NCBI RefSeq assembly: GCF_006345805.1
Contig: NC_043015.1
Location: 2,480,001-2,544,000, forward strand
Direction: 5' to 3'
DNA: 64,000 bases
Source of the DNA: Octopus sinensis
Lineage: Eukaryota
Shown: positions 39,003 to 54,899 of the stretch, one piece after another
Numbering within the stretch: position 1 is the stretch's first letter
Layout of the letters: each line of letters begins with the position of its first letter
The notes under the pieces: generated by a model
Seen by the model: only the letters and a program-made list of their open reading frames with translations
Told to the model about the DNA's origin: nothing
Database searches by the model: none
Program-made: the position numbers and the translations under genes

Positions 39003-40116
39003 TATACAATTATCAAAACAATTTCCAATATTTTCATTTTGCCAACTTTTGTAAGACGAGTTGAAATAAATGCATAGAACATTTCAGAGCTCTAGCATCT
39101 TACTTTCATAGTCTATCTATCCACGTTTCAGCCTACTCTAGTATACAGTAATGATATCAGGACCAAGAACGTTGCAAGTTTGTCTTAGTAAAAGTAAATG
39201 TGACGATATTCGTTGAATTTAATTCCGGAAACGATGGAATATCGTTGGCACATTATACTACACAGGCATCACATATATCTCTCTTTGATCATATGCTTGT
39301 AACATATATGTTAGGCTACAGAGGACAAATGATTCGCCAATGGTTGTAGAGAGTCCTGTCCAGTCACAATATGCAATGACATCTCAACAAATGTCGCTGT
39401 TTGGTTCCTTCGCATACGCTACATGATTTTACTCAGGGGCGATATAACCTGTGCATAAAAATGTTTGAGAAAAATTCGTCTGTAATATATGTTATATATT
39501 AAATCGTTTTCTGAAGGTCAATGTGTCGTCGTGCTCTATAAATTTTAAAATAGAAGCAACGCCTTGAGCATCCAGACAATACTGAATAAGTAGAAATAAA
39601 ATAATGCAGATAACTGGATACAAAGGAATTATCACATGCTCGCAAATAAGTTGATGTATAGCAAACTTTTTTTGTGGTATACACTCTAAGTGCAAATAAA
39701 ATCTGCCTAATATGGCGCGAATAATATTTGAATCCTATTGAATCACATAAGCGTTGAAGAAAATGCGTTGGAGGAAACACCTAGTGAAAACATAGCAAAA
39801 AGTTGCATATATTTCTGGTGAGTGAACCTCACGTAGAATTGTAGGTTTGAATTGCAAGAAACTTGATCTTTCGTAGTTGTGGATTTTATTGATTTCACCA
39901 AAAAATAGCCTAGTTAATCTTCAACGTTAAGATCAGGCTTGGTAAAGAAAATAAATGCAAAATGCAGTATGCAATACTATTAATCACAATATATATCTCG
40001 ATAATAATGTTTGTTTTTCTGGTTGAAGCTAGAAGAACAAAAAAAGCTTCAGTGATCTGACTTGTTTCTTAAGGAACAAATGAAGCAAAGATCGTAAACA
40101 TATCCATGTATACACA

Positions 40117-40220
<104 letters not shown>

Positions 40221-42834
40221 ATATATAGATAACAAAATATATTATATGTTTATATATGAGTGTGATGCATGTGTAATTATTTATCAATACGCGAATAGAT
40301 GTTTTTTTGAGCACATGTGTGGTTGCCTATAATACTAAATTGTAAACACGTTGTGTGAAATATGTTGCACTGCGATTTGAAATACTTTGTGTTAATAATG
40401 AGAATCGAACTATTTAAAGCACCACCAGCAAGGTTGTGAAAGAAGTGATCTTCTTTGTTACAATACGGTCCTGCAAATCTTGAAAAACCACACTCCTAAA
40501 TGATGTTATTTAAATTAACATTTCATGTACATTAAATTCAAACCTACTATGATGGATTCGCTAGTAACAATTAGATTTTTATATATTTCAGAGGGAAAAA
40601 AATGCGGTTCTTGACAGTTATCAGATTTAAAATCATGAAACGCAAAGAAATAACCAAACAAGGAAGTAAATAAAGCGAAAGCAATGAATTACAGATCCTT
40701 TAATGTATTATTGTGGTATTTTTCAAGAATATTTCAATGTATTATTGTTCTTTCAATGGAAACAAACACATCGAAAAAGGAATATGATGTAAACGATGAA
40801 GGCGAAAGAGAAACAACTAAAATCAATAGAGCAAAAGGACAAGGTTTAGCAAAAGAAAAATATCGCTTTTAATACAATTTTCTGTTAGTATTAGAGTTTT
40901 AGCTTAAATAATTTTATACCTGAGATAATAACTTTTAAAATACATTATTATCATTTCTAGATGTATTCCTTTTCATACCATAAATAAATCATTGAGACAT
41001 CTGAATAGCCATTGTATATTATTTGTATCTTTCTTTCCCCTCTTTATGTTCTTTCTATTTATCTTTGCATCATTCTGCCTCCATTACACGCGAATTATCT
41101 TCTTTGCTCTCTCTCTCTCGCTATCTCTCATCCTCCCTCGCTTTATAGTATGTACGCACAAAGCAATGCACCGTTATTGCTGGATATTCCCATAGAGCTT
41201 ATTATATCATATATTCATGAATACATATTTTGGGATCAGTAATAGCAGCAGAAATTATAATAAACACATAACAAAATACAGAATGATGTGCTGTGTATTC
41301 AATGGTTAAAGAGTCATTATTAATGGGCACAAACGACATTAGCAGCATTGATAGATTTTTTCGAGTGGCTTCAGAATTCTAATACGCAGATATCAGAGTA
41401 GGAGATTAATGTTTGCAGAATTTATAGAGATTTTCTATTGATTTTTGAGATATTCAATGCGAGATAATAACTTTAAGGTCTAGTTCAGTTTATGGAAATA
41501 TCCTGAAATAGCTATTCGCTTAGGTCTGCCTATCTCTTTTCAGCAACTGCTTTCAAAGTCGCAGACTTCTCATTCAGGAAGTTATCGCCAGTGTTTCTAA
41601 GGCTGCTCACTCTCTCTCTGTCTCTCTCGATCCCGCGCTCTCCTTCTGACTATTAATATGTGCCTGCGTCTGTGTGTGATACTTGAAAGAGATCACAAAC
41701 GTTGGAACAAGGTGTGAATCCTCTATGCGAATTCAAAGGAAACATAGAATGGTTTGCTCATGTAGATATGTATGTATACATAGGTGTTATGATATGATTG
41801 ACACATACTCGACATATGAAGTATGTAAGTTTTCGCGTGATTCACAATTTAGAGTATCAAATTATCGGTTCCATATTTCGGCCCAAAGCCAGCAGTTATA
41901 GAGGAAGGTTAAGACGAAATGCCGTTAAGAATTCTGCATGACGTGGTAACGATTCTGCCAGGTCGCTGCCTTTGTATAAGACATTATTAATGCTTCACTG
42001 TCACAAGTGTCGAAAGCAATTAAATAAACAGAGCTGGCAGAAACGATAGCATACCGAGCAGGATAGGATGCTCAATGCATATCGTCCGTCTCTTTACGTT
42101 TCGAGTTCAAATGGAGCTGAGATCGACTTTGCTCTTCATTATTTCGATAATGACAAAACAACTACCTGTTGAGGACAGAGTTTGTTGTAATCACCGAAAC
42201 CTGTTCCCCGAAAATGCTGACCGTGTATCGAAATTTGAAACCAGTACTATTGCATTATGCAAAAATATGTACTATTATTTCAACGGAAATTCCTCATGGC
42301 TGACACATTTTCTCCTTACATATCTTTCCAATGTTACCAAAGGTAGATATTTGGACGTGACAGTATTCCAAAGTTTACATGCACGTTGGTTGACATCTTG
42401 CAAGAACGCTGCGGCAATTGATCAGTTTAATCTGGGAAGTTGGATCTCTTCACCAACAGTTCAAATATGCAACTATAATGGATTTGTACTAAAGCTCATC
42501 GAGAAAGAATGCCTCTGATAATCGCGGCGTAATACGTTTGTTGTGCTAATTGGAAAACATTTTTGCGAGAGTAATTGTTACCGTATAAATATCCATGAAG
42601 TAGAATACGAATAAGAATGACGTCCAGTTGAAAATCTGCGAAGTAGAAATAAAGCTTTGCTATGTATATTTTTTTATCATTCTTTTAATTTGTATATATT
42701 TATTTTATTATAAATAAAAAAAAACAATAAAATACACTCGCCTCCCGCGTTTCGTTTTCCATACGGTATGTACGATACTTTGTTTACTCTTCTACGGTTT
42801 ACTATGCAAGGTATACAAGGCGGTGAGGTATACA

Positions 42835-43072
42835 AAGCGGCGAGCTGGCAGAAACGTTAGCACGCCGGGCGAAATACGAAGCCGTATTTCGTCTGCCGTT
42901 ACTACGTTCTGAGTTCAAATTCCGCCGAGGTCGACTTTGCCTTTCATCCTTTCGGGGTCGATTAGATAAGTACCAGGTACGCACTGGGGTCGATATAATC
43001 GACTTAATCCATTTGTCTGCCCTTGTCCGCCCTCTCTGTGTGTAGCCCCTTGTGGACAGTAAAGAAATAGGT
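42835..43072 (+). mobile_element. Full-length Nin-domain SINE
   Basis: gcggcgagctggcagaaacg..gaggtcgactttgcctttcatcctttcggggtcgat..ccttgtggacagtaaagaaatag. Confidence 0.93.
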
Positions 43073-43196
43073 ATACTATGCATTTCCTTTTAACCTATTT
43101 TAAGTAATGCGTTATACAGTGTAGTACTGTACTCTATTTATATTTATTAGTATATTGTATTTTAGGAGTGTAAATGCATATTTCATCACACAAAAG

Positions 43197-44327
<1,131 letters not shown>

Positions 44328-45242
44328 CGTATATTTCCCCGTGAATGTTTATCTATGCTAGTTATTTGCTTTTAACTTTCACTTTCGTTTACATATCTGG
44401 GCGTCGAACAAATGAAAAGTAAATATTTTCATTGTAAAACATTCTGACATATGTTTGTATATATGTGGACGCTAGGTGTATTCATTATAATATTATGTAA
44501 TAGGAATGTGAATATCTATTCAGAAAAACTCTGAGGTACTTGTAACAGTTTAGACTAAATCCACAAAATAGCTGTCGTTGCAAGCTGTTAGATGTAATTT
44601 GTTCATATTCAGCAGAATTCTTTGTGATACTGACTGGATATTTTCTTAGATGCAGGCTCGAGACAAATATAATTATTGCATTATACAACATAACGTAGTC
44701 AAATACCACAAGTAATAATACCTGAAGTAACGTTCGTAACACAAAGCTCTGGATAACAAAATGTTATTTCAGTGTATACTAAGTTATCATAATATAGGTA
44801 GTTACTCTGGAAACATGTTTGATATATAAAACTAGGCACACATATAAAATAATATTCACAAATATAAATTATTCAGTTTCATTGTAAAAGGAACAAATAT
44901 TCAGACACACACACACACACACAAATACTCATACACAATCGAATGCAAACATGTCAGCTTTCAAGCAACGTACATATTTCGTTGTGCTGACAATGGCTGC
45001 CAATGATTTTAACACCTCGATGGAAGCTGGTCAGTTAGCTTTTGTAAATCACACGTACCACGTTACACACAAAATCCGGGTGGAACACATTATTTGAATA
45101 TTTACTGAAGAAAAATGACAGGAATGGTATATGTTGCATAATAGGCTGCATAATAAACGGCACAAAGAAATCTTTCCATTATCAAAATTATTGACATTTC
45201 AATAACTAATTCAAAATTTAAACAATTCTACTTTCGGTGAAC

Positions 45243-45465
45243 AAAGAATGACGGTGAACAAAGAATACCATATCCGATGTGATATTATTTAACCGAAACA
45301 AGGTTTTATTAAGAGTCACCTGTTTTTATATTTTATCACTTACACGTATCACTCATGACGGTGAACAAAGAATACCATATCCGATGTGATATTATTTAAC
45401 CGAAACAAGGTTTTATTAAGATGTCACCTGTTTTTATATTTTATCACTTACACGTATCACTCATT
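45243..45465 (+). repeat. Two-copy ~110-bp tandem duplication
   Basis: gacggtgaacaaagaataccatatccgatg..cacgtatcactcat occurs twice. Confidence 0.9.
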
Positions 45466-45565
45466 TGACAGAGGCCATTCTGTGGCACTGGTATTATATT
45501 GTAGGACTTTGGTAGAAAGAATCAAACCCGCTAGTTGTTTTAAAATACGAGCCATTTTTGCTATT

Positions 45566-45917
45566 CATTCTTTTGATGTCTTGCTAGCTTCCACTGACCC
45601 GCGCTTTGAAAACACAAGAATTGCATTAGGGTTCCCAGTCGCTTAATTTTCATCATTATGGTGATGCTTGCAATCTCATCTTTACGAAAGGTATTATGCA
45701 GGGTTAAAGCATGAATTCATTTGGTATAAGGGCACCCAAATTCTTTTGATGCATTGCTAGCTTCCACTGACCCACGCGTTGAAAACACAAGAATTGCATT
45801 AGGGTTCCAAGTCGCTTAATTTTCATCATTATGGTGATGCTTGCAATCTCATCTTTACGAAAGGCATTATGCAGGATTAAAACATGAATTCATTAGGTAT
45901 AAGGGCACCCAAATTCA
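45566..45917 (+). repeat. Two-copy ~173-bp tandem duplication
   Basis: ttcttttgatg..gctagcttccactgaccc..ggtataagggcacccaaattc occurs twice. Confidence 0.9.
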
Positions 45918-45924
45918 CCGGCCT

Positions 45925-46145
45925 GTCATAATTGCCTAGCCTAAATCCGGACTTGAATCCCATAGAGCAGATGTGGGACGAAGAAGGCTAAATCGCATTC
46001 GTTCAAGGCTGACATCAGTGGGGCATATAACTGCACGTCTTCACAGAATGCTGTCCCCGTGACCGTCATCAATTGTTTGGTGTATTCAATGTAAGCAAGC
46101 TGCCTGGCAGTAATCAACGCTAACAGTAGTCACAGGAGATATTGA
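45925..46145 (+). mobile_element. Tc1 transposase C-terminal relic
   Basis: LNPDLNPIEQMWDE (cf. SPDLNPIE.LW) and CLAVINANSSHRRY* (cf. C.AVI.A.GGHT.Y*). Confidence 0.85.
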
Positions 46146-46164
46146 ATTCATCTCTTTGGATCCA

Positions 46165-46244
46165 TGACACTCTGGCATTACGTGACATCATGTGGCGCCA
46201 AACATGTTTGACGTCACATGATGTCACGTAATGCCGGAGTGTCA
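46165..46244 (+). repeat. 80-bp near-perfect hairpin or palindrome
   Basis: Two 39-bp arms around a 2-nt centre with three non-Watson-Crick positions. Confidence 0.9.
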
Positions 46245-46384
46245 AATGATATTTCATCATTAGGAAACAATGGTTTCTGAATTAGCACTCTTCGATCACT
46301 GCTAAGGCAGTCTGTTAATAAAACAGTTTCTATTTAGTATGTGTACGAAGTTTCTTTTCTGGTTCAACGTGTATATGTATATAT

Positions 46385-46745
46385 ATATTACACAAAGAAA
46401 TTCCAAATTTTGTCTGATTTTCATGTTTTATATCTGTGGTAATATTAGTATTTTTTAGTACCATTATACCCATGAATGGTAATTTAATACTCCTCATCTC
46501 CTTTGTAAATAGGAGAGATGAGTGTAGGTTATTCAGGAGGATATTGCACATATTCGAGAGAGTTTAGAGACACTGTCCTGATTATGAAACAATCGTTAAG
46601 GTATCTCTTGCATGCCTTTTCGATAAAATTTCTAAATCCAGTGTTATAGTTTTTCCCTACTGCATGGTAGAGTTGTTTTTCTGAAGCTATATGAGAATAT
46701 TATTCAGGCTCTAAAACATGAGTCACCTGGTTATTATAGGAGAAA
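46385..46745 (-). mobile_element. Penelope-like reverse transcriptase relic
   Basis: KRYLNDCFII (cf. KRYLDDCFI) followed by LLNNLHSSLLFTKE..KLPFMGI..ITTDI (cf. LNNLHPSI.FT.E..LPFLDI..I.TDIY). Confidence 0.78.
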
Positions 46746-47857
46746 CAGCTGTAAGGGTATGAATGTTCTTAACATAACCGAATTTTCGTTTGTCATTTCT
46801 TGTTCCAAATGTGTGTGTGTGTGTGCGTGTGCGGGTGGAAGACAAAAAAATTAAATATACGGGAATAGATAGAATGTAAAGTGGTTAAATGATGTATTGC
46901 ACAGGAAGAAAGGAACCGGGAAGGCTAATTGAATCAGACGGCTATAGTATAGTGTTCTAAGAAACTTTTATTACATGTGCACAACAAGGATTTTATTGTC
47001 CCTAATTATATCGTGATTTGATCTGCAGCCAAAAGAGAAATGTGTCTGACGGAGCTCTAATATCAGTCAATATTTACCATACTTATCTTGAATCATGATT
47101 TTGATGTATATTCATAGAAGCAATATAATAGAAGTCTGCATCGGGAATTCTAATCAAATACAAAAATATTTTACTTATTTTCATAGTAATGTGGATATTT
47201 TAAATATTTTATTTGTATATTTATTAAATTTTTCTTTATGATTTTTCATAACTTGAAATGTATGTCAAAACATTTACGATTTTGAAAAGAAAAACAAATT
47301 TAACGTACAAATAGAATAATTTGTTGAAAGAAACCGTATATGTGTGTAAACAAGCATAATGATGCAGTATCGAAAGCACATTAGATCGTCAAAGAGTGGT
47401 ATAAACGCCTCAACCCGCGAAACCTGAATGCTCTCTAAAAAGTTTACTGATTATGTATGTACGAATATATACGTATGTATTTGCATGTGTATGCACACAG
47501 AAACAAGCGCATGTATGAATATGTATACACATACACATGCACACACACACACACATATGTATCCCTCTATGTATATGTTTTTGCGTATACCTGTGCGTTC
47601 TGAAGTATGTATGTAAATATACTTCGTGAGTTATATTCGGCATGAATACTATAAAGTGTCACAGAATGTTTTAAGACTGTTACACTCACTTTCGTTCAAA
47701 GATATGTAAAGAACTTGTATTTTGAAACAGTAATTCTATAAAATACAGAGGGCGACCTTTGATGAGGATTGTTGTTAATTGTCTGATTTAATTAGTGAAC
47801 TTTATGACCTGCGTAATAATCCCATGCATTTAATGAATATTTTCTAATTTTTATTTT

Positions 47858-48050
47858 TTTATTGCCCACAAGGGGCTAAACATAGAGGGGACAAACAAGG
47901 ACACACAAAGGGATTAAGTCGATTGTATCGACCCCACAGTGTATCTGGTACTTAATATATTGACCCCGAAAGGCAAAGTCGACCTCGGCGGAATTTGAAC
48001 TCAGAACGTAACGACAGATGAAATACTGCTAAGTATTTCGCTCACCGCCT
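47858..48050 (-). mobile_element. Nin-domain SINE
   Basis: ttgaccccgaaaggcaaagtcgacctcggcggaatttgaactcagaacg. Confidence 0.88.
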
Positions 48051-48429
48051 TTATTTCTAACTTCTTCTAATTTTTAATATCATATTCCCCACATCTTTAC
48101 TATCTATGTCGATGGATTCCTTTCTCCTCGTCCCTACTTACTTAAAGAACAGTATTAATGGCTTCTGTACCCTCGTCCTCCCGGAGTTTTCCGACATTTC
48201 TATGCAATTTTAGGAGTGGTGGATTTGAGAAGTTTGGAGTAATGTTCGGCGCTATAACCGTTGATGGGTCTGTGTGTTGATAGCGTGAGTGATCATAACT
48301 GCTTTTGCTGCAGCAACCTCCGTGTTCTTCCTGTATTTAATGTTCATTTGTGCAGACGAACATAAAATGAACTTAAATTTTCAGTTTTAATTCCTGTATC
48401 CATTACATGTGATTACATGTCATCGTGAA

Positions 48430-48735
48430 GATACTTGGCTCAATGATTAAAGTATCAGGTTCACAATCATGCGTTACTGGGTTCGATTCCGGGACCGGAC
48501 TGTGTGATGTGATTTACATCAAGACACTTTATTTCACCTTGCTCCAGTCCACTCAGCTGTAGAAATATGTTTCGATGACATTGGTGACAAGCAGTATTGG
48601 CCTTTGCCTTTCACAAGGATAAAACCAGTGGCGTAGTTAGGGGATGCTGCTGGGTCCCATAAAAAAAGAATAGCCCTTACTTGTGCAACGGAGGATAACA
48701 TTCTATGTGCAATCCCATGGTTATTCAGGACCGAA
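48430..48735 (+). mobile_element. Decayed SINE (family of 24846)
   Basis: tggctcaatgattaaag..gttcgattcc..caagacactttatttcaccttgctccagtccactcagctgtagaaat. Confidence 0.75.
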
Positions 48736-49370
48736 TGAGCTTTTTGTATATGGCATAGCTCTAGAGTTACTGTAACATAGATTAGTTCTACTAAAACTGC
48801 TAAGTTATTATAGACGAATGCTAAAGACATTGCGAATTAATGGTAACTCTGCATCTACTATCCAGCAATTCATCATAAATTTCCGATTAACCTATAACTA
48901 CCATCTTCCCCCAGAAGCGTTTTTTAGCATTCTATATAGTTACAAGTTTCTATATTGTTGTGTAGATTTGCACTTACGCCTTTTATTCATTCTATAATAT
49001 ACTTGAATATTGCCCATTTCTTGCTATAGTAGGGGAGTTTAAATGTAGGGGTGTAACAACTTTTGTCAGCAACACCTCCTTGGTTATGCGGATAAACTTA
49101 AGGCTACATTGAGATAGAGAGACGAACAAGTTTCTTTCTACTGCATTTTTTTAATTCTAGGACTAAATAATTTATGACTTTCTGTTACTAGTATCCATAT
49201 TCATACCCAATGTATGTGAGAAAAATCAAGCAAAAATGATGGTTACAAATCCTATCCTCATTATTTTCCCATCGTTTGAGTAAACGCAATTCCACAGGCA
49301 TAAACGAAGTTTGAGTTTTCACTGACAGAAATTCAATGTTTAAGGTATTTCATCTGTTATATTATGTAAG

Positions 49371-49480
<110 letters not shown>

Positions 49481-49642
49481 TCATTGGAAAATATGAGATC
49501 CTTGCTACAGTTAGGCCTATTTGAAAAGACATTAAGATGACCTCAATCGTAGTTCCAATCAGTATAATTTATTATTAAAACATCTTAATAATATAAGTTA
49601 AACAAATTAGGTCTATAATTGAAGTCATTAATTTCCTTGTTT

Positions 49643-49678
<36 letters not shown>

Positions 49679-49812
49679 TATGTGTGTGTGTATATATATA
49701 TATATATATTGGTAAAAACGGTAAGATAACAAGAGAAAGAAAGAGACCTCAATATTATGTAAATAGAGGAAATTTATCTATAAAATAATATGTTACATTT
49801 ACTCAATAGTCA

Positions 49813-49875
49813 AGATAAAACTCTGAGTTTCATATGCCGAATTGGAAATACAAAACACCATCTCTTCGGTTATCT
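49813..49875 (-). ncRNA. Hammerhead motif, U4C variant
   Basis: AGATAA-CCGAAGA-..-GAAA-CTC-A-GAG-TT|TTATCT. 6-bp stem I; stem II poorly paired. Confidence 0.5.
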
Positions 49876-50122
49876 GGCCATCTGAAAAACGCTATGAAAA
49901 AATACCGTTATATAAAGGGAGATTACTGTGTTATAATTCTGCTCGCTAACCCACGTGCGTACTTATACGTCACTATGAAAACGTACACATTTCACTCGCA
50001 TTTTTCGCCAAATATATAAGCATATATATATATACAAACTCACGTGGGTCCGTGAGAAGAATTATATCACAGTAATTTCCCTTTATATAACGGTATTTTT
50101 TCATAGCGTTTTTCAGATGGCC

Positions 50123-50185
50123 AGATAACCGAAGTGATGGTGTTGTGGATTTCCACTCCGGTATCTGAAACTCAGAGTTTTATCT
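50123..50185 (+). ncRNA. Hammerhead motif, U4C variant (A9 mutated)
   Basis: AGATAA-CCGAAGT-gat..atct-GAAA-CTC-A-GAG-TT|TTATCT. Confidence 0.45.
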
Positions 50186-50269
50186 TGACTATTGAGTAAA
50201 TGTAAGATATTATTATATATATATATATATATAAGTGTGTCTATAATATGTAAGTGTGTGAGTGAGTCT

Positions 50270-50460
50270 GTATTGATAACCGATGATGGTATGTTTAAGC
50301 CCTTGTACCTTATCGGTCCGGCAAAAGAGCCGGTAAAATGAGTACTAGGCCTTAAAAATGTCTTGGTGTCAATTCATTCAACTAACATATCATCAAAGCT
50401 GTACTGCAGCACGGACGCAGTCAAATGATTGAAACAAAGTAATGAACACAAGAACAAAAG
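50270..50460 (+). mobile_element. Decayed SINE 3' half (family of 38593)
   Basis: cggcaaaagag..gagtactaggc..gcagtcaaatgattgaaacaa. Confidence 0.7.
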
Positions 50461-50822
50461 AATATATATCAGTTACAAAATGTTCATGGAAGCTAGTCTT
50501 TCAAAAGCATCCTCTCTTAGGGCGCTGACCATATTTTAAATATCACACAGTAAAATATTACGTAATATTAGAACCAATGCTTGCAATAACATGGAGGGTT
50601 TCAAATGTTGGCATATTGCAAAATATCCGCTAGAGAGAGAAGTTAGTGGATTGCACCAAACCCTAGTAATTGTTTGGTACAGTTTTTAAGCAACCTCGGA
50701 AGGATATATGGCAATGTAGATTTTGGTAAGGGCTAGAAGTCAAACGTACAAGGGCAAAGAGATATATCCTACTCAATAGAGATTTTGTCACTTCCTCGTT
50801 GGAATAATCATGATAATTAGAA

Positions 50823-50975
50823 ATGGCGAGCTGGCAGAAACGGTGGTAAAATACGTGACTTTGGCTTTCATCCTTTCGGGCCCGATAAATTAAGTACCAG
50901 TTACGTACTAGTTTTGATCTAATCATTTGGCCCCTCCCGCAAGAATTTCGGGCCTTGTGACAAGAGTCGAAAAGA
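50823..50975 (+). mobile_element. Internally deleted Nin-domain SINE
   Basis: ggcgagctggcagaaac..ctttcatcctttcggg..gataaattaagtaccag..cgggccttgtg. Confidence 0.75.
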
Positions 50976-51020
50976 AAAATGATGATGAAGATAGTAGTAG
51001 TACAAAAAGCATCAGCAGCA

Positions 51021-51622
<602 letters not shown>

Positions 51623-51701
51623 CATTTCGTTGCTTGCAACGGAAAGAGTATGCAATTTGTGTAGCCATCTGGTTATGGTACTCAACATTTGTAACACGAA
51701 G

Positions 51702-51768
<67 letters not shown>

Positions 51769-51785
51769 TAGTGAGAGAGAGAGGA

Positions 51786-52097
51786 CAACTCCGTCGGTTA
51801 CGACGACGAAGGCATCAGTTGATACGATCAACGAAACAACTTGCTCTTGGAATTAATGTGCAAGTGGCTGGGCAAACCACATACGCGCCTACCCTTAACT
51901 TAGTTCTCAGGGACATTCAGCCTCACACAGAATGTGACACCATTGGCCTTTTGAAATACTACCCATTGTCACCAGCTGAATGGTTTGGAGGAACGTGAAA
52001 TAAAGTGTCTTGCCCAAAGACACAACGCGTCGCCTGGAATTGAACTCACGACCTTACATTCGTGAATTGAATGCCCTAACCACTAAGCCACGCGCCT
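51786..52097 (-). mobile_element. Decayed SINE (family of 4344)
   Basis: ctccgtcggttacgacgacg..aaagtgtcttgcccaaagacacaacgcg..ccctaaccactaagccacgcgcc. Confidence 0.88.
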
Positions 52098-52163
52098 ACA
52101 CACACCCATGCACACGCACATACATACAGATATTTTAAATAATACACAGTAAAATATTATATA

Positions 52164-52241
<78 letters not shown>

Positions 52242-52949
52242 CTATATATATATATATATATACGCACATATGTTGTATGTGTGTGTGAGTGTGCGTATTG
52301 GAATGTACGGATATGTTAAATATTTTACGTAAATGGTTATAACAATAGTGTTTATCTTTGTTGGCAAAATATACTTGAAGATATCTTATACTTAATTTAT
52401 ATCTTGAAATATAACGATGAAAATGAAAAACAAATAGTACTCGACTCTTGAAAATTTCATCACATATTCGGAGTTATTTTGAAGCTCTATAGTCATCGAT
52501 TCGAGTTGGAGCTCTCTCACCCAGCTTCATTTGATATCTTCTGAATCCTATCATTCCAAAAAATGTGTTCGTTCTTATTGCTTTGAGAAAGGGATAATTT
52601 ATGCTGTTTTAATATGGAAGTGCCAACGTATTTAGGTATCCTGTATGTGTGTGTGTGTTTTGCTATCGTTGTTGTCGTACACTAATGATTTATTTTCAAA
52701 GAAGAAAGCAACGTCATCCAAATAATTGTGTAGTGTGTGTTTCAACTCTCCTGTTCATTTTTATTTCTCTGTCATACGCGTCCGAGTAAAGTACTTACTT
52801 CACCATTTGTACTTCAGAAATAATACAAGGAAAACACGATATTGCTTCAAGCTTGAAATACAAATGTTTCGAAGGGGTAATATATACAAAAGCAGAGAAA
52901 AGAAAGAAAAGAAATCGATAACGACGAAGGAGCGGTGAGGAACATATGG

Positions 52950-54420
52950 AAAATATAATTTAAATGACATGACGTTCTTCATACAATAATTTAAATGAAT
53001 TATGGTGATACATTGCTGGGGATATATTGCTTAAAACACATAATTCAAGGAATCTTATTAATGGGAAAACTTAATTGAATTTAAAGATAATAATTATGCA
53101 AAATACATTAATGCGAATCATACAATTTAAGTTCTTAAAACCTGAACCCCATATTAATATAATTAAATTTTAATTTAATATTAATTAGATATTACATGAA
53201 AAATATTATAATTATGCTATAATTTAGGAAAGCCTAATCATGGAAAAGTATATTTAAATGATATAACATACTAAATGATATTTATGGGAAATCCCTGATT
53301 TTGCAAGTTGTATTCACTTGTACATACAATTTAATGAAGAAACATAGCAGACCATGTGAACATAAGACCCTTCGTTATAAAGCACAGCTTAACAAATTTC
53401 ATTACTGACAAATATTCGTTTACATGATGCGACATAGAAATAATTAATAAATGAAGAATAGGTAATTGGTATGTCTTAACTTAGGAAAATTTTATTGGTA
53501 ACAATCAGCTAAAAGCATATAATTGAGCAAAGCTTATTAGGAAAATAATAAAAGCTAATGATATATTTTCTCAAAGCTATTTTTTAAAAAGCAAATTGCA
53601 TTTGAATTACATACGTTTTCAAACCACGTTCATGAAAGACATAATTTCCGTGAATAATTTATGAAACCATAGTAAGAGGCCAAGTATAATTTAAATGTAA
53701 TAGTTTAGCAACATTTATTAATTGAAAAACATAAATTAAATTAGAAAACTTATCAAACATCATTAATGCCAACCTTATTAATATAAATGGCATGATTTAG
53801 TAAAGATTATTTATGCACAAACGTAACTTCAATGACTCAGTTTATGAAAGCTTTCTTTTATGGATAAAAGAAATTAAATGACATAATTTAACAAACATTA
53901 TTAATGGAAAACACAACTTAAATGACATGTCCATATCAAAGCAGATCACATTACATAATTTAAATGACAACTTAGCAAACCATGTTAGTGGAAAGCAAAA
54001 TTTTAAAGACATATTTTATCATGGCTTATTAATGGATGACATAATTTAGATTGTATAATTTGGCATAACGTATTCGTACGAAAATAAAAATTGAATTGAT
54101 GCCACGTATTAAGCTACATAAATGGAAGAACATGTTTTAATGACATAAATTATTAGATATCATTAATGCAATTTCATAATTTAATTGACATAACGTAGTA
54201 AACCATATTAACGAATAAAAGACACAAATCAAATATCGCAACGTATCCAACTGCATTAAAATACATAATTACAACAAACTGCATTAATGGACATACGTAA
54301 TGACATAAATTAGCAAAGTATTATGGGGGAAGAATAAATTGACATAAGCTAGCAGCGTTTCTAGGTGGAAACAAATCGTAATTAAAAATAAAACGAGTTA
54401 ATAAAAGATAGTGGAAAATA
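52950..54420 (+). repeat. Cryptic, highly degenerate AT-rich minisatellite (unit about 40-45 bp)
   Basis: Recurrent alternation of (a)cataatttaaatgacat and agcaaa(c/g)cttattaatggaaa motifs over about 1.5 kb. Confidence 0.6.
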
Positions 54421-54688
54421 GTATTTACGCGTGCATTTATTCACTGTTATTAGTAGAAAATCATTGCCAGAGATAATGAGGCAAATTCATATTTTATTGG
54501 CAAAATTAATATTAATGTAACTTTGATACCGTTTAAATATAAACGTAATTTTAAAAAATCTCAGGTTGAAGTGACATAAAAGTAAAACAAGTCTAAATTA
54601 AACATCAAAACATATGAAAAAATATTTTTCAATCAAGAGAAGAATAAAATATTTCAGTGTATAACTTTAAAAGTTCTTGTTCTTCTCT

Positions 54689-54689
54689 T

Positions 54690-54726
<37 letters not shown>

Positions 54727-54760
54727 CCATCATCATCAGTATTATTATTATTATTATTAT
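54689..54760 (+). repeat. (CAT)n/(TAT)n microsatellite
   Basis: Direct reading. Confidence 0.93.
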
Positions 54761-54899
54761 GCTAGAAGTTATTTTATCTTCATGGCTGCTAACAAATGTC
54801 TTCAAATATCAAATGTCTTACTTAGGATTCTTAGAGAATAGAGGACGGAGCTTCCTTGCTGGTCGACAAACCGAGCTTCAATACCTCTCTCTTTCAATC

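Larger units (their letters stand above)
49786..50212. mobile_element. Inverted pair of PLE-like LTR fragments (about 170-bp arms, 85-bp spacer)
   Basis: 49786-49956 is the reverse complement of about 50041-50212; flanked by (TA)n. Confidence 0.85.

Noticed and set aside
39400-39860. Overlapping minus-strand ORFs of 67 and 93 aa
   Set aside because: No recognisable motif or splice structure.
42075-42518. 147-aa ORF
   Set aside because: The 5' third is a decayed Nin SINE; the rest has no recognisable domain or convincing exon structure.
48209-48285. Exon-like segment with tag acceptor and GTGAGT donor
   Set aside because: All three frames have a stop before the donor.
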